Source of the DNA: the human T2T-CHM13v2.0 reference genome, Homo sapiens
Assembly: GCF_009914755.1 (NCBI RefSeq)
Contig: NC_060937.1
Reading direction: 5' to 3' (one strand)
Length of the DNA: 64,000 nt
The notes under the pieces were generated by a model that saw only the letters and a program-made list of their open reading frames with translations, did no database searches and was not told the DNA's origin. This document shows positions 13,360-28,140 of this stretch, piece after piece. Every line of letters begins with the position of its first letter. Within the stretch, counting starts at the first letter, position 1. Position numbers and translations under genes: made by a program.

Positions 13360-13690
13360 CATATTATTGGTAAATTCGGGAAAATTTGAATGTAGACTGT
13401 ATTTGATAAAATTTTATATAAATGTTCATGTCCTATGGTATAATAATAATAGTGAGGCTATATAAAACAATAGCTTTGAGAAATACATTCTAAAATATTT
13501 AGAGGTTCAGCATCATAAAATCTTCAACTTTTAAAAGGATTATCAAAATAAAGTATATATTTTTATATAGAGACAAAACGAACATTTAAAACATTTAAAA
13601 ATTAGTGAATCTAAGTGTTGACTGTATATGTGTTCATTGACTATTCTATTAACTTTTCAGTAGGTCTAACATTTCTCAAATATAATTCGG
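13360..13690 (+). mobile_element. L1ME/L1MC 3' UTR terminus
   Basis: 'aaaatttgaatgtagactg', 'gtgaatctaagtg...tatatgtgttcattgactattct...aacttttc'. Confidence 0.65.
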
Positions 13691-14967
13691 GGGGAGGGAA
13701 CCCAAAAAGCAAAAATTATTGAGTACCACAATTGCTTCATAATAGATGTTCCACAAAGCACTTTTCCCCCCAATTTTTGCTAAACTTTGTAAGCTCCTTT
13801 ATTCACTTGAAGTAATCAAAATAGTTAAATCAACAATACAATGCTTTTATTCCCACCATGTTTTATGCACAGAAGTCAAATTGTGTAATACTTTATTTGG
13901 GAATGAAAGTGAGTTATGTATCTAGATAACAGAAAGGACCAACTTATCAAGTTAGACTCACGTGAATCAGAGATCTTACCCAGAACTAACCTTCCCTAAT
14001 CATTTCAAGGATACAAATAACTACCACATGCAAAATAAAGAGAGGCTTGAGAGTATCATCACATCTCCGTGAGTCTTTTATTGTCACATTAGGACATGCT
14101 CTGTCCAGAACAATATCTTAGGATTCTAAGTGATGTATGTGGCTGGATTACATACACAAAATGGAGACGTTTCATTCCTGAAATATCTTTATTTTATACT
14201 CAGTTACATAGCTCACATGACATTTTCCAGGGAGCCATGCCTATACATCTTCCTATTCTGTGCTTGCTTACCATACGCAATCTTAGACAAACCTAGGGCA
14301 TTCCATAGATAGTCTCTGTTAGTAAGTATCATTATATGTTTGCCAAGAAGTCTGTTGCTAGCAGTTAGCATGTTTACAAGGAGGTTTCAGCAAATCACCT
14401 TTCTTTTTTCTTTCCCCAGGACATGTAACCTCTCAAATTGAGAGAATGGATTGGAGAGATATTGTTGACCATGTTTTCCCCTGTATCTCACCTTCCCCTC
14501 TCCAAGACTTCCTTGTCAGTTACCCATATTGATATCAGTTTATCCACATCCATGCTTTCAAGTTTAAACAAAGAAACTAGGCAAAGGCAGCTATGTATTC
14601 GCTAGGATTAGGGAGGAGAAGATAATGAACCACTGGATAGTGAGAAGAAAGAGAGGTGGAGAAAGTGAGAGACCCCAGTAACAGAGGACAGGGACACATT
14701 GCTAAGGATAGGGACACATTCACTGTAATATAGAAGGCCATGCTTATATGTAAAATATGCAGTAATTGTATATATATGTACAAAAGTGATGACACACATA
14801 TGCACATAAACAAAACACAATTACTGTCTATGTTTCTTTATTTGTGACCTAATGTTTTATGTTGCTTGTAACTGAAAAAAAAAATTCCCTTCTGAATAAA
14901 ATGTCAATTTTGCGATTGCATTTTTTCTTGTTTTTACTGTAATATTTCAATTATTTGTATATATATA

Positions 14968-15170
14968 TTTTTGAGACAGGATTTCACTCTGTTGGACAGG
15001 CTGGAGTGCATTGGCCTGATCATGGCTCTCTGCAGCCTTGATATCCTGGGCTTGAGCAAACCTTACACCTTTGCTTCCTAAGTATCTGGGACTATAGGCG
15101 TGCACCACTGTATCTGGCTAATTTTTTTATTTTTTGTAAAGACAGGGTCTCACTATGGTACCCAGGCTAA
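14968..15170 (-). mobile_element. AluJ, truncated (right arm plus part of left)
   Basis: 'ctgcagccttgatatcctgggcttgagc', 'agggtctcactatg'. Confidence 0.85.
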
Positions 15171-15779
15171 TTGTTTATATCTGAGTGACGGAGTTTTAGT
15201 TTTATTAAATTTGATCAATTTCATTGGTGACTGTCATAATGGCAAATCACTTTCATACATATATGATGTTTGTGATATATGTATGTGTGTATGTGTATAT
15301 ACACATACATCTTAGGACTTGTGAATCATCTTAGGGCTTCCTACCTGTAGGTAGAAAGAAATGATAACTCAGTAAGGCATATTATCCTAAAGTAATACTA
15401 TACGTGTGTATATCAATGAATTTATACATCTATTATGGTGTGTAGCACAGTTTAAATTCCTTGATGCCATACTTCCATTACACAAAATAATATATGTTCA
15501 AATATCACATGACTTGCAAGACTTTTTACTATTTTGCTATTTTAAAATATAATAATTTCATGTTATCTATTATTCAGAAATTATTTCCATGTATTTCATA
15601 TTTGTGTTTGATGAGAAGCAGTTAAATAATACCTAGAGTGTCCTTATTGTCATCACATAATAATAAAGCTTTTTATTTTATCCCATTCTTGGAATGAAAC
15701 CTCAGGTTTTATGCAAGGAGAACCTAGATAGTTTAGAGGCCTGTGTCCAGCTTTCTACCTAGAACTTGCAGATGAAAGC

Positions 15780-16460
15780 TGTCTTAGTTTATTTGCCCTG
15801 CTATTACAAAATACCTTAAACTTGATCATTTGTAAAGAACAGAAATTTATTTCTCACAGTTCTGGGGGCTGAGAAGTCCAACTCAAACTGCCAGCAGATT
15901 TAGGATCTAGTAAGGGCTGCGCTCTGCTTCCAGAATAGCTCCTTGTTGCTGTGTCCTAACATGGTTGAAGGGCAAAAGGCACTTTGGCACTCCCTTCAAT
16001 CTCTTTCATAAAAGGACTAATTCATTAATGAGGGTGGAGCCATCATGACTGAATCACATCACTAAAGACCTCACCTCTTACTACAAGCACATTGGGTATC
16101 CAAAGTATGAACTTTGGAGGGACATTTTGTTGCAGGACTTTCTCCTGAGTTCAACTAAAAACCAGATTTTTGTCACATGACCAGGAAAGAGTAGGCTCTC
16201 GGACACATAGAAGGGTGGGAAAAACAAAACTTATTGGGCAAAAAAGGAAAAAGAGAAAAACTTTCAGCAGAGTGAGGGGGAAGCCTGTTAACCAGCTCCT
16301 GACCCACCGCACAGGAACTCAAGAGACCAGGCTCCTCCCCTCTGCAAACAGGACAAACTTCTGTGGCTCCACCCCATTCTCCCAGTGTGCAGGCCAGATT
16401 GGAGGTTCTCCAGGGGGTCCTTTTTACTTGGCTGTCTCATTATATATTCAAACCAAAGCA
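15780..16460 (-). mobile_element. MLT1A/MSTD-like MaLR solo LTR interrupted by MER61
   Basis: Starts 'tgtcttagt...cagaaatttatttctcacagttctgg' and ends 'attcaaaccaaagca'; perfect 5-bp TSD aaagc at 15775-15779 and 16461-16465. Confidence 0.85.
16128..16439 (-). mobile_element. MER61-family solo LTR (ERV1) nested in the MaLR LTR
   Basis: Minus strand starts TGAGACAGCCAAGTAAAAAGGACCCCCTGGAGAACCTCC and ends AGTCCTGCAACA. Confidence 0.8.
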
Positions 16461-16499
16461 AAAGCTATGGATACCTCCTTTCAAAAATATCTTGTTCAC

Positions 16500-17035
16500 A
16501 CTGTAGGATAGTACTGGAAGGTGGGCAGGGGGCCCAAAGAGCTGTCCTTGCAATCCCTACTCTATGTGACCCTGGCATGGAGAGGGGCGTACTCAAAGAA
16601 TCCCTGCATCTCCTAGAATGTGGTGTGGAGATTGACTGGGAGTGAACTAGTGAACTCACAGTCCTGAAGGGGACTTGTAACACTAAAGAAATGAACACAA
16701 AATTTTCAAAGCTGGTCACTGGAAATGCCAAGGGGCAGACACCCAAAGATGAGATAAAGTGAGCTATACCTCATCAAAAGCCAACTAGAACCCACCAACT
16801 CTCTCTTCAATCCCTGGGAACAGAAATCAGCCCAGTGAGAAAGGCAGAAAAAGGAGAAAGAATTGTGAAATCACTATTTACTTTTAAAAGACTGAATTAC
16901 GTATCCTGAATTTGCAGTGAGAAAGCACATTAAATTGACTCAAATATGTTGTCCACCATTTAGAGAACTAAGGCTGAGTTGGAGATAAAATTTGAGCTAT
17001 AAAACAATGTTCTTTCACTACACACTTGAGTCTAA
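16500..17035 (+). mobile_element. Possible ancient LTR (MamGypLTR-like)
   Basis: Only the 3' part, 'ataaaatttgagctataaaacaatgttctttcactacacacttgagt', resembles the recalled consensus. Confidence 0.3.
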
Positions 17036-18164
17036 TGGACTCCTTCAAATTTTATATCCTCCAAACATTCATATCTTTACATTTTTGTTGTTGAAAGTAC
17101 AAACGGTTTGTATGCCATGCCTTGAGAAACCAGCATTCATGGATATAATCAGAAAGCATCTTTTCTCTTCCATTGTCTTTTAAAAATTTGTTCAACGATA
17201 AAGTACCACCTCTATGCTCTGCTGAGAACTCCAAAAAGCATTCCTCCAAAAGCATTCCTATGCTTTTTGGCTTACTTTTATTATAAAAGGTCTTATAGTT
17301 ACATGGAAAAAAAAAAAAAACCTTTTCAATTCAGTGATTACGTGCTTCTAGTTGTTTTCTAGTTCTCAAACTAATCTAAACATCACACCTGATATAAAAT
17401 GAGATCTTCCCTTTCTCTTTCGCAACTTGCTGCTTGCTGGCCTCTGGCAGGACACAGTGGTGTTATGTCTCCCTTATATTTTCACCTCTGTTTTAAATTT
17501 AGCTAAGGTCCTTGACCACAGTAATATTAAATGGCTGGACGGAGGTGAGTTTAGGGAAACAGAAAAGTTGTCGCCTTATACTGCATAAGCTGGCTTTGTA
17601 TTCTCGGGGCTTGTCTGGTGTTTAAAATACAATTTGATTTATAAGAGATATTCATACTCTAGGAGTGAGCCATTTTCAACAACAGCATTCTTCTCCGCTC
17701 AGCTGCCAAATCAAGTAGCCACTCCGTATCTCTTGTTTCCTGTCTCTCTAGATTTCCCAGGTGAGAGGCAGAAACAAATCTGCTGAGTCCCTCTGAATGC
17801 AGCAAAGATTTATCAAACTTTTTTCTTCTCCTGAGTTACGAGAAAGTTATGCCACTTTGTTCCACTAGAGTGTAGGCCCTTGCAACACAGCGCTCCCCAG
17901 AGAAATACTTGAAGCATAACTTCTCTCTTTATCCATGCTCTTTCATACCCACAATGTGGATAGAAGAGGCTGGAGTCAGTAATCAATTTTGGTTAATCTT
18001 CTTTTCCAAGAACCCCATGCTAGTCAATATTGATATTTTATTTTATTCAATATTGATGTGCATGCTTCATTCAAAATTAGAGAGAACAAACTCGATATTT
18101 ATATGCTGTTTGTCTCTATGTATCCATCTATGTATCTATCTATCTATCATCTATATATCTATCT

Positions 18165-18441
18165 TCTTTTTTTTTGACAGAGTTTCACTCTGTCACCCAG
18201 GCTGGAGTACAGGGGGCATGATCTCAACTCACTGCAACCTCTGCCTCCCAGGTGCCTCAGCCTCCAGAGTAGCTGGGATTACAGTCACGTGCCACCATGC
18301 CTGGCTAATTTTTGTATTTTTGGTAGAGACGGAGTTTCGCCATGTTGATCAGGATGGTCTCGAACTTCTGACCTCAAGTGATCTGCCTGCCTCAGCCTCC
18401 CAAAGAGCTGGGGTTATAGGCATGAGCCACCGCACCAGGCC
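18165..18441 (-). mobile_element. AluS with a small internal deletion, inserted in a (CTAT)n tract
   Basis: Antisense Alu lacking 'tcaagcgattctcc' near 18253; 14-bp TSD tatatatctatctt at 18152-18165 and 18442-18455. Confidence 0.93.
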
Positions 18442-19195
18442 TATATATCTATCTTTGTATCTTTTCTTTTTATCTATTTACCTATTCTAATTGGTTTTAC
18501 TATACTATATGCTTGTAGTTCAGAGTAAATTAGGTGGCATTCCAACAGGATCTTCTCATTTGCAATGTCTGCATTTAAGAATTCAGAAGGGTCTATTTTC
18601 TCATTGCCAAAATAAGCAAAATTTGATTCACCATCTTTAGATTCTCTTGTAAATCTGATATTTAAAATTATTTGTCCCTTGTTCCTACCATGGGTCCTCC
18701 GTGGAGCAAGTAAGTAAGGTATATACCATGTTCTAGATATAAAATTATTTTTTTCTTAATATGGCAAGGCATATAAATAAGTCTCAATTATGAGTGTAGA
18801 TAAGCTACATTGGGTTTTCTTCAATTTTCATACTGTGTATACCAGTTCACTATAACTGTCAAGTTTCATGTAGATGAAAAGCAATATATGTGTGAATGTG
18901 AGCAGTTAAGAATACAAACAAAGAAAAGTGCCTTAGGATGCAAAATAAGATTTAAAACACTAACACAGACACACAAAGCATGACTGCAGGAGAGTTATAC
19001 CCACCAGATTTGTGATAGAATCTCAAAGTTACACATTGCAACAAGGAATAGCAAATATACAAAATACACTTTCTAATAGTGTCTGAGTAAAGGAAGTACA
19101 TAAATAATAGAAAAAAAGTGAAAAAGAAGTCTCACAAGATTGAATAACATTCATATGAACAAGCTCCCTCTGTGCTTAAAAAAAAAATACAGTTC

Positions 19196-19611
<416 letters not shown>

Positions 19612-21229
19612 TCAAAAGGAACTGTTTTTCCACCAGTTTATATCAAATTATATGTAATCATCCAAATACAAAGTTCAAGAACTCTAACCTCTAAAAAACA
19701 GCGAAACATATTCATTTTTATTTCCTCATTTTGACTTTTAAGTATGCATATACTTTAAAGGGCCTATTTTTTAAATGAATTCATGCTTTGAATGTTTTCT
19801 TGAAATCCTCTCTTCTGAATATGACTTAATCCATGTTGGTTTTATATGTCAACTTTTCATTGACTATTAATATTAATAAGGCTGTTTCATGCATGTTTAT
19901 ACTACTTGAATCTACATAACTTCATTCTTCTAAGTGTTTTGTACTGTATATTTATTAAGGATATAGTCTTTTTATCATTTTCTGTTTGTAGTCATTAGCC
20001 TCATTTTCCTACATTGTTCTATAGTGAATATCACAGTCAACTATAGTCATTAGCTAATGATCCATTGTCTCTTAGATGCAAGATTAGAAACAGAGATGCT
20101 CATGCTGAGCAAGTGAAAACTGACTATCTCACACCTTGTGAAAAGGAATTAAAGAGAAAAATCCAATTAGATACTCTTAGTAGGGGTCAGAAGAAGTAAG
20201 GGATTTTATTAGTTATTCTATATTCACTTTGTCTTTATAGCATAGAAGAAAATTATGCATTGAAGAGGCAGATATTTATGAAGTGGGTTACTGGACAATT
20301 ACTGAAGTTTCTGTGGCCAAAAAAAATGTAAATTATAAGCAATGGCTTAATTTCAAGTCAGCCTTTACTCTTTAGTCAAACTACCTCTGTATGTTTCAAC
20401 ATACTAATTTCAGTATCAAAAGTGCTCAATAACAATAACAATTTTTGAAGGTTTTTCCAGAATGTACTGTTGGCAAAGATTCACAGATCCTTATATTTAG
20501 TGTTCATTTCCTAGAATTAATTTGATAAAGTAAGAAGTTAAGAGTACAATAGACTCCTTTAATTGGGGCTCAGTTGAATAGTTGATATTGAATAATTTTT
20601 GTGTTACAGAATAATTGTACTTTTTCCTCATTACACATGTACAATCTTACAGCTCTATCTCAGGCCATGATATAATTATTCTTTACAACGTTAATTATAG
20701 TGAACATAACACTGTGTAATGTCGACATAGGGTTTTTAATTTTAGGTCTGTGACTTATGTACACAGCATCCAGAGTTAATCATATAAATTTCACCCCCTC
20801 TCCACCAATTATTTTAGTAGATGTGATCATTTAAAACAGCAGTAAAGAGAATGTTTGGTGGCAACTTTCTGTTATTTTATATGCCATCTCTCATATTCTT
20901 TGTTTTTAATGTTTGGCTCACCTTGTATCAGTCTTTAATAGACATTTGTTATTATAATTTAAATGTTTAAATTTCTTCTTTCCCATTATTTCTATGATGT
21001 CGTTCTTTGCAATTTAAAATTTAATTAAATTCTGATGAATCTTTCTTGCCAGAGTATTATCAATCATGCCATGTGTGTTATCACTGTTTTATATGTTTAA
21101 GAAGTATGTTGCATGTGGGTTTATGTGTTACAAAGGTGTTTCCAACTACAGTCATCTGATAGTTTAATCTGATATTTTAGCAAGATATATTTAATTTCTA
21201 ATTTTAGAAAGCTTAAAATTCAAAAGGTA

Positions 21230-22200
21230 GAAAAACAACTATGAAATAGCAGAAAGAGACCAAAGAGAAAGGCTGAAAGCCAGAAGGTGGCAACGTCATA
21301 GAAGTCAAGACAGATTGAGATGCTAAAGTTAACATGAGAAGAGAAGTGTTCCCTCTGGGTCTCAGATGAGGAATGACGGATGTATTCATGGTGTAGGTTG
21401 TAGGGTTATGCTTGGATTGAGGAGAATACTTCTTTCAATATGACAGGAAGGGAAAGGAAGAATAAATGCAGATAGTGATTTATTAGCTGGCAGTAAGATG
21501 GGGAGTGGAAGTGAAACTGACCCAGTTGTCCTATAGAGCTGATGTTTATGCTTTCTTTGAATAAACATGGAAATTGGCCCTCCTCCTCTTCAAATCTGAG
21601 AAAGTTATATTTGTCTCATCTGAGTTCCCTTCTTGGGAAACCAACCTTCATGCCTTCCAGATAGTATCAAGGAGCTGCAATGAACCAGATCACTGCATTT
21701 GGACAATAAGACTCCAAACCCCTCACCCATTATGACTACCTAATCAACCACCTGCTTCCTGTTAACCAAATCTTCTTCCTTACCCCTCCCTAATTCCTGT
21801 TTTACCACACATGGTTACATTTCTTTTCTGCTATATAAACCCGTAATTTTAGTCAGTCAGGAAGATGGATTTGATAATGATCTCCCATATTCTCAGCTGT
21901 AGCACCTGATTAAAGCCTTCTTTCTTGGCAATACTCATATTCTCAGTGATTGGAATTTGGTGTGGCAAACAGGAGGCACTAGACCTAATCCCTGGTGTTT
22001 CGGTAACAGGAGTTCTTGCTTAATTATTTTATTTGCTGAGAAGAAAAAGAGAAAGTGGTGAGGTTTAGAACCTAAGGTGACAGATGTGGGCAGAGAGAGA
22101 AATAAATGTCCATGTATAAGAAAATGAATTAATAAACATCTTTGACATTCTGGTTGAGTTTAGAAACAATGGGTTTCAAGTCATGACAATGTTTATATTT
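21230..22200 (-). mobile_element. L2 fragment(s) split by the LTR47-like insertion
   Basis: Purine-rich antisense-L2-like sequence on both sides of 21512-22008. Confidence 0.4.
21512..22008 (+). mobile_element. LTR47-family solo LTR
   Basis: TGAAACTGACCC...GCTATATAAACCC (TATA)...ATTAAAGCC (polyA signal)...GTTTCGGTAACA; TSD gaag/ggag. Confidence 0.8.
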
Positions 22201-23613
22201 TTATTTTGCAATACTTAATAACATAAACTTAAAAATGGAAGAAAATTGTCATTTGAATAGATTTAAAATTTTGTAATTTTGGAATATGTCTGGGAAAAAA
22301 AATGAAGATAATTAAAGGTCCCAGAAAGAGGGTTCTTAAAGTAGTAGACCATAGGTTTTAGATCTAAAATAGAAAAAAAAAGTCCCAGGGGTATGTGGGT
22401 AGACCAAGAGGACATAGAAAGATAAAGGAAATTGAGCCCTCAATTAAAACAAGCAAACAAACATAAAAGGAGTAAGAATGAGGGAAAAAAAGAACATGAA
22501 TATGAGGAAATTGAAGTGTTAGATTTTAAAGTTGTAAATGTCTGACAGATGTAATTGATGCCAAGTTTCTGAAGTGCCTATTAGAATGAATTACTGAAGC
22601 AGAATATTAGTAAAGATTATTAAAAATGAAAAATAATTTCTTAAAAGTTAAAGTTTGTTGGCTGAGACAACTAGAGCCAAATTGATAGTGGGGGTGGGGG
22701 GAGCAATGAAATAACAGGAAAATGAATCCACATATAAAAGCTCTTTATCAGCAAAAGGATTGTGGTGAAGAAGTAGATGCAGCCAGGAAATGATAGGTGA
22801 GGGGAAAAAAAAAAAGACAATAGGAACAACAACAAAACCTCTCATTTTTAATGTTTTATTACAATTTTAATTTTTGTCATGAGTCCTTTCATATTTTATG
22901 AATAATTTTGAAAATGTTTATTCTTTATTATTGTACGTTATATTAGATATATTTGTTAAAGGACTTTTACAAAATTTTGGAAACTACAAAGTTGGCTGTG
23001 ATAAAAGAAAAAAAATCCTTGTAAAATAAGCATGGACCCACTGCTGAGAGTCATGAGTGTGCTCATTGTGCTCATTCTGTAAATAGGAATAACTGACTAG
23101 CCATTAAAGCTAGCAGTGGCCTTATGTTTACTCCTTTTAATCTAGCAAAAAGGCAATTTTTATGTTGTTATGTATGTTAATTATACCATTTGTAATTATT
23201 TATCTTCCTTAATTAGTAAACGTACAAAAATAACTCTAAATTTAGATTGGTCTTACTGCATATTACTTACAAGAGAGAGAAATATATTGCTGAGAGTTTT
23301 GACTTGTGTTGTTATTAGGAAAAGATAAGTAGCAGGAGTCTGTAACCAAATTATATTACTTTCACACTATACAAATAGGTATTTTCTTATTGCTTAGCAG
23401 AGTGTGTTCTTACCTTTGGGTTTTTGCCCTAAAATAGAGACAGGTGTGCTGACAAATTTTTACTTATGTCTCTTCTTTTAAAAATGCTTTAATTTGCCTT
23501 GGTAAACAGAAAAAAACTCATATCAGCTGCATTAAAAATGTCTTTTGAGGACAGATATATGTGTTTTTTTCTATTATGTTTTATTACATTTGTTTATTGT
23601 TTCTTTGTGCTTG

Positions 23614-23648
23614 GTGTGTGTGTGTGAGTGTGTGTGTGTCTGTGTGTG
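23614..23648. repeat. (TG)n microsatellite, interrupted
   Basis: gtgtgtgtgtgtgagtgtgtgtgtgtctgtgtgtg. Confidence 0.9.
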
Positions 23649-24313
23649 CTATAAATTCTCTCTTTATAGAAATTTTAGCAGAGAGATATGGTGTAGGTCA
23701 TGATGATATTCATAATTTGTCAAGATTAAGATATTAATTTGGAGTGGTGAGATTGTCATTTGGACAATTTTCTGTTCGTTTCAAAGTATTGGTATGGTAA
23801 TTTTTCAGATGGGCTTAGATTTTCAGAAAATGTGTCTCCATTTCCTGAAAGCAACCACACTTTCTGCCATAATAGACAATAGTGTGAAACCTTAGTCCTC
23901 AAATCTTTGGATAGAAATGTCCATGCAAATTTTTGAAAGTATGTCTTAATTACCATTGTGTTAAATAATTATTTCTGTATTTTATTGTTTTAACTTAATA
24001 GAATAGAAAACTAAGTAAACATATTGAAAATAAATAGTATGTTTTTATCTAATTTTTATGATTATCCATCTAATTTGCCAACTTATATGACCATGCAAGT
24101 TAAGAACTGAGAATTATATTTTACAGATGAATAAACCAATGATTAGAAAATTAACATGACAGTTTAAAAGTTCAATGAACCTTTCTCTCCAATGAGAAGG
24201 GAATTTACATCAGCTTTTTCACTACAACATGTCTCCTAATATTTGGAGTATGTCTAACTCCTAGGACAGTAGAAATGGTAGGAAGCCAATTCTGAAACTT
24301 AATTATTTCTTAA

Positions 24314-24749
24314 TGAAACTGGCCCAAGAGTCCCATAGACAGTTGTTTTGGGATAAACACAGAAGTTGGCCCTTCTGCTCTTAAAAAGCTTGAAAGTTGT
24401 ATTTGCTTTATCTGAGTTCCTTCCTCAGGGAAGGATCTTTAGGCCTCTCACGAAAAGTATCAAAGAACTGAAACCAGGTCCACAACAGATGCTGGATTCC
24501 TCATTTACCATGATTGCTTTTTTGCCCCTCCCAGGTTCCTATTTTCTTATACATTGTTAAATTTCTTGCCTGCTATATAAACCCCTGGTTTTAGTCAGTT
24601 AGGACATGGATTTGAGACTGAGCTCCTATCTTCTCGGCTGATGCACCCAATTAAAGCCTTCTTCCTTGGCAATACTTGTCATCTCAGTGATTGGCTTTCT
24701 CTGTGGTGAGCAGCAGCACCAAGACCAAATCTCTGGTGTTTTGATAACA
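24314..24749 (+). mobile_element. LTR47-family solo LTR (different variant from 21512)
   Basis: TGAAACTGGCCC...GCTATATAAACCCC...ATTAAAGCC...TTTTGATAACA; TSD ttaa/ctaa. Confidence 0.8.
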
Positions 24750-25149
24750 CTAATAAAGTATATGAAACCAGCTTCTGGTTTGTGCATTTCACAATTGCCA
24801 AATTCAGCATGTCGTATTGTTCTGTGGTCTATGTTCTGTGTTCTGTAGTCTGTGGTTAAAAACATAAGTTAAGGTACACAAATCCCATTGTTCAAGTTGC
24901 TAGAAAACTTGAGGATTAAATATACATCTCTTCTTCAGTAATGATCCAAAACATTAAAAAGATTTAATATAGGTGAGTCCTGATTTTTAAAAAAATCCTT
25001 TACTGTTATAATGAGCATCTCTTGTTAGAGAGAAAATGTGCTGTAAGAATGAGTGACCATTTATCTCTTCTGAACATTACATCAGAATATGAAATTAATC
25101 TAGGACTAACACGCCCGTTATAAGTTTAAAATGACTCTTTCAATTATTT

Positions 25150-26330
25150 TCAACCATCTTTCACAACATTTATTTATGGATATTTCCCACCATACCAAAA
25201 TGTTGAGAATTTGACAATAAAGACTCATATACCCAGTACCATGACTCTACCTTAAACATTTCATTATACTTGTTCAATCACAGAACTTCCCTCTATCCAT
25301 TCTTTTATCATTACACAATCTTATTTTTTGATTTTTATAGAAAATTGTTTAGGTATCAGTATACTTCCTCCTAAATCTTTTGTTATACGTATCATTAACC
25401 AGAGTTCACTATTCTATTTTGTATACAATGAAATATAGACAAATTTTATAAGCATATGCTGAGTTTTGACAAATGTATAACCAGATAGTGCATGTAACCT
25501 ATATAATCCAAACACCTGTATGGAACACACAGCATTACTATCATCCCAGAATGATTGTCCATGACCTTTTCTAGTAACATTGTGTCTCCATCTCACCATA
25601 TGAAACCATGAACTGTTTTTTTTTTTTTTTCACTGATGGGGTTTAGGACTCATTATCCTAAAATATGACTGCTCATATTTTGAAGAACGGAATTTGCTAG
25701 CCCAAAATATGTCTTTTTGGCATAAGCATTCTTTTGAATTGGTTATTTTAAGAAATACAGATACATAAGACGCTCCGGAAAGTTACCCTTTTGTAAGAGA
25801 AATTTAAACCTATAAAATAAATCTCCATTTGTAAGGGTATTTCCTTCTCTGCACCACAAAGATAAGGATGACTAAATTACTAGACAGTTTTAATCAATGC
25901 AGAAGGTATTTTAAATCCTAAATTAAAGGTGTAAATGTGCAAGACAAACCTTACTCTTGTAACACAATGCTCTTACTGGCCATTTTGCCTTAAGTAGAGC
26001 TTTTTCCACACCCTACTTTCTTTGCCTCAGAGAATGATAGTATTTAAGCCTGAGGTCAAAGCCACTTCTCTGAGATCTCCTGTAGAGATTTACTCATTTC
26101 TCTGGCTACCTCCCATATATACAGGAAGAATGCACGTTATAAAACTTCTCTTTGTTTTTCTTTTGTTAATCTGTCTTTCATTACAGGAGTCTGTCCCTAC
26201 TAAAAGGTATAGAAGATAGAAAATATTTATCCTTCCCTACACTACCATATATTAATTTTGTTTGTTTTAAAGTTTCATATTATAGCACATACTCTTGTGT
26301 AAGGCTTCTTTCATGCAGCATAATGTCAAT
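25150..26330 (-). mobile_element. L1ME 3' fragment interrupted by a MER34-like LTR
   Basis: 'gagttttgacaaatgtata', 'tatcatcccagaa'; resumes after 26241 with 'attaattttg...tgtgtaaggcttctttcatgcagcataatg'. Confidence 0.55.
25634..26241 (+). mobile_element. MER34-family solo LTR (ERV1)
   Basis: TGATGGGGTTTAGGAC...CCCAAAATATGTCTTTTTGGCATAAG...TTGTTAATCTGTCTTT...TTCCCTACA. Confidence 0.7.
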
Positions 26331-26824
26331 TTTCCTTTCCATCATAGTAGTCAATACTTTTATTGACCTAAGTAAATGAGAATAAGTTTATCCTCTGTAT
26401 AGATAAACTGAGAGTATTTGATTGTATCTCAAACAGTGACGAGACATTGTTGTTGGCCTATCATTTCTAAAGCTCTTTAGTTTAATATTCTTTCATTTTT
26501 TCATAATTAGAACCTTCACTCTACTCATTTGTAATCACTGATTCTACAATTATATAAATTGCTTTAGCTTTTCAATCTATCTCTTTTGTCCCCAGAATTT
26601 CTCATCCTCACTTTCTCTCTAAAGCACAGATAATTCTTTCTTCAGTTACCCTCCCTTCTGACTCTAAAGTAAAACATGCCTGACCTTACGTAAAAGTGAA
26701 AATATATTGTTCGAAATGACATTTGTTTTTTAAGTTTTGAAATTTGGGAAAACTTTTTTTCTGATTATCCTTATACTTTAAAATAGGTGCTTAATAAAAA
26801 CCCTGTTAACAGAAACTCTTTCAG

Positions 26825-27522
26825 TGTAATCAACTGAAGGGTTCTTTGTGCCCACTACGCAGATGAAATCAATTCACTGAGACTGCGGCATTGAAGTAAA
26901 GAGAGTTTAATTGATGTGAGGCTAGCCATGCAGGAGACGGAGTGATTACTCAAATCAATATCCCCCCGAATGTTGGAGGTTAGGGCTTTTCAAGGATTAT
27001 TTGTTGTGCAGGGGCTTGGGAATGGGAAATGTTAATTTGTTGGGGATGAAATTTTAGGGGTGTGGAAAATGGTCCTCATGTGCTGCATCAACCTCTGGGC
27101 AGGGTCAACAGGATTGGTTGAGTCACAGGTCATAGGTCTAGGTGGAGTCAGCCAGTTGCCAGAAATGCAAAATTCTGAAAAGACATCTCAGAAGTCCAAT
27201 CTTATGTTCTAAAATAGTGATGTTATCTACAGGAATAATTAGAGAAGTTAGAAATCTTGCGACTTCCCGAATGGGTTGGCTGATTATTGTTTTACTACGC
27301 CTACATAGGCAGAATGATTTTCATTACTTTTACAAAGGCAGTTTAGTTTTGGGAAGGACTATTATCATCACTGCTTTAAAGTTAAACTAGAAACTAAATT
27401 CCTCCCAAAGTAAGCTTGGCATATGCCCAGGAATGACCAAAGACAGCCTAGAGGTTAGGAGCAAGATGGAGTCAACTCTGTCAGATTTCTCTTAATGTCA
27501 TAATTTTGTAAAGGCAGTTTCA
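26825..27522 (-). mobile_element. LTR8-family solo LTR (LTR8A-like, ERV1)
   Basis: Minus strand starts TGAAACTGCCTTTACAAAATTATGAC; TSD tcag/ttag. Confidence 0.85.
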
Positions 27523-27529
27523 TTAGCAC

Positions 27530-27978
27530 AGGCTAGAAATAGATGCTGTTGGTACCTACTCAGACCCCATTTGCTTTGCAGGTTCCCATATTCCTCGGCT
27601 GGTATGAGTATTAGCTTCTGAGAGCTCACAGCTGCACTTGTGGCTGGAGAATTTCCCAGTACTATTGGGCACAATCTGATGTAGAAATTCATGGGATGCT
27701 ATAGCCTTCCCAGACACTGTATCACAGCCAATTACTTGCATACAGAAGGCCGGTCCTCTTACATCAAGTGGAAGTAACTCTAAGATGCCATTCACAAATG
27801 CAGCTCCCCACGGGATCAAGTTGAGACTTCAACTGAAATCAAATTTTGCATATCTTTTCCCCCCACTCAGTCCTGCTTTTTTCCCTTTCTCATAGGACTC
27901 TCCTGTGGGCATGCCCTCAATAAATCACTTTTAAATGAATCCCATTCAAAGCCTTTACTTCTGGGGAACCCAACTAAT
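27530..27978 (+). mobile_element. LTR16-family (ERVL) LTR
   Basis: 'cagctccccacgggatcaag', 'ccctcaataaatcactt...aatcccatt...cttctggggaacccaactaa'. Confidence 0.75.
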
Positions 27979-28140
27979 TGAGCTTCACTGCCTCTTTTAT
28001 CTCCCTGTGCTCCATAGTGAGTCACCAGTTAATAGGAATGAATTAGTTAATATGTATACTCTTTGGGGGTAGTATAATCTTTTAACTCTTCAATAATTTT
28101 TCTTGTAATGAATATTTTAAATTTTAAAATGTGAAGATGT

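Noticed and set aside
17909-18490. 193-aa ORF
   Set aside because: Made of a (CTAT)n tract and an antisense Alu; no domain; non-ATG start
21512-24749. Two same-strand LTR47-like LTRs that might flank a provirus
   Set aside because: They differ in length and structure, each has its own TSD, no PBS follows the first, and the intervening DNA is L2-like or unique
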